Origin: Paraspadella gotoi | Lineage: Eukaryota; Animalia; Chaetognatha | Assembly (NCBI GenBank): GCA_051294375.1 | Contig: CM119271.1 | Location: forward strand, 7,616,162 to 7,680,161 | DNA: 64,000 bases | Reading direction: 5' to 3' | Shown here: piece after piece, positions 63,432 to 64,000 of the stretch | Layout of the letters: every line of letters begins with the position of its first letter | Numbering within the stretch: the first letter of the stretch is position 1 | Made by a program: the position numbers and the translations under genes | Notes under the pieces: model-generated | Database searches by the model: none | The model's input: the letters and a program-made list of their open reading frames with translations, nothing else | Told to the model about the DNA's origin: nothing

Positions 63432-64000
63432 ATGTCGGGGCCTCCTTACTTGCCGCCCTTTTACCAACATCAGGGCATGGGAGGCTTTTACCCGCCTGGT
63501 GCGGCTCCGCAATTTCAGGGCCTCACTTATCCTCAGCAATTTCCGCACCAGCAGTCGCCACCCGCCGCGTTTCCGGTCTCCCTGGCGCAAGCTCCGCCTC
63601 CTCATCCGTTCCAGCAACCGCCGCCGCCCCACTCCGCCCATTTTCCTCCCCAGCAAATGCCTTCCCCGCAAGCCCGGCCGTCCTACCCCGCCAGTCAGGC
63701 GAATCACGTCAATCATCACAATCAGGCGTCGCATCCTCACGGACAGTCGAATTACGCCCCGGCCAATCACCAAGCCAACCACCAGAGCGGCGGCGGTGGT
63801 GGTCATGCGTCCAATCAACGGTCGCAACATCATCAGCCGCATCATCAACAGCAGAATCAACAACAGCCATCCCGTCATCAAAAGAAACACAACGAATCTC
63901 ACCAAAATTTCCAGTCGTCGTCTTCGTCCGCGCACCCGCCGCGCGGGCCCCAGCAGGCTTGGGGCGAGGACGCTCGCGGGTCGCAGCCCCGATTCGAAAA
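63432..64000 (+). CDS. 5' end of an unidentified gene with a Pro/Gln/His/Asn-rich low-complexity N-terminus (runs off the window)
   Basis: AAAATG at 63432 opens a stop-free + frame to the window end (MSGPPYLPPFYQHQGMGGFYPPGAAPQF...HHQQQNQQQ). It is GC-rich like other exons and has an upstream TTTAG at 63369-63373. Confidence 0.7.
   Translation, partial: MSGPPYLPPFYQHQGMGGFYPPGAAPQFQGLTYPQQFPHQQSPPAAFPVSLAQAPPPHPFQQPPPPHSAHFPPQQMPSPQARPSYPASQANHVNHHNQASHPHGQSNYAPANHQANHQSGGGGGHASNQRSQHHQPHHQQQNQQQPSRHQKKHNESHQNFQSSSSSAHPPRGPQQAWGEDARGSQPRFE

Overview
This is eukaryotic, animal-like genomic DNA with GC-rich exons and short AT-rich spliceosomal introns. The species cannot be determined from the sequence. 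It holds 18 protein-coding genes, two of them truncated by the window edges, and all lie on the + strand. In order they are: unknown (3' end), ABCC1/MRP1, RBM22, eIF3a, MMADHC-like, group I PAK, [5 kb gap], SUZ12, SENP/Ulp1, FUNDC, an intronless orphan with RRM-like domains, RPL35, mitochondrial LeuRS, ADAR2-like, ACSS2, [2 kb gap], SLCO/OATP, [2 kb gap], PICK1, NPRL3, and a Pro/Gln/His-rich gene (5' end). Within runs, stop-to-start gaps are only about 240-940 bp and most ATGs have an unpaired pyrimidine-AG just upstream. This suggests eukaryotic operons resolved by SL trans-splicing (inference). The most unusual locus is the ADAR. It has an N-terminal RS/RD domain and a ~250-aa acidic plus Pro/Gly/Arg/Met insertion inside an otherwise intact deaminase domain. 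It is preceded by two tandem long-loop stem units whose arms are conserved while their loops have diverged. Other features are a 628-bp hAT-type MITE with an 8-bp TSD next to SUZ12, three GC-AG introns, frequent AAG acceptors, weak donors and a probable decayed gene. Gene identities come from recognising conserved motifs by eye; no database search was run.
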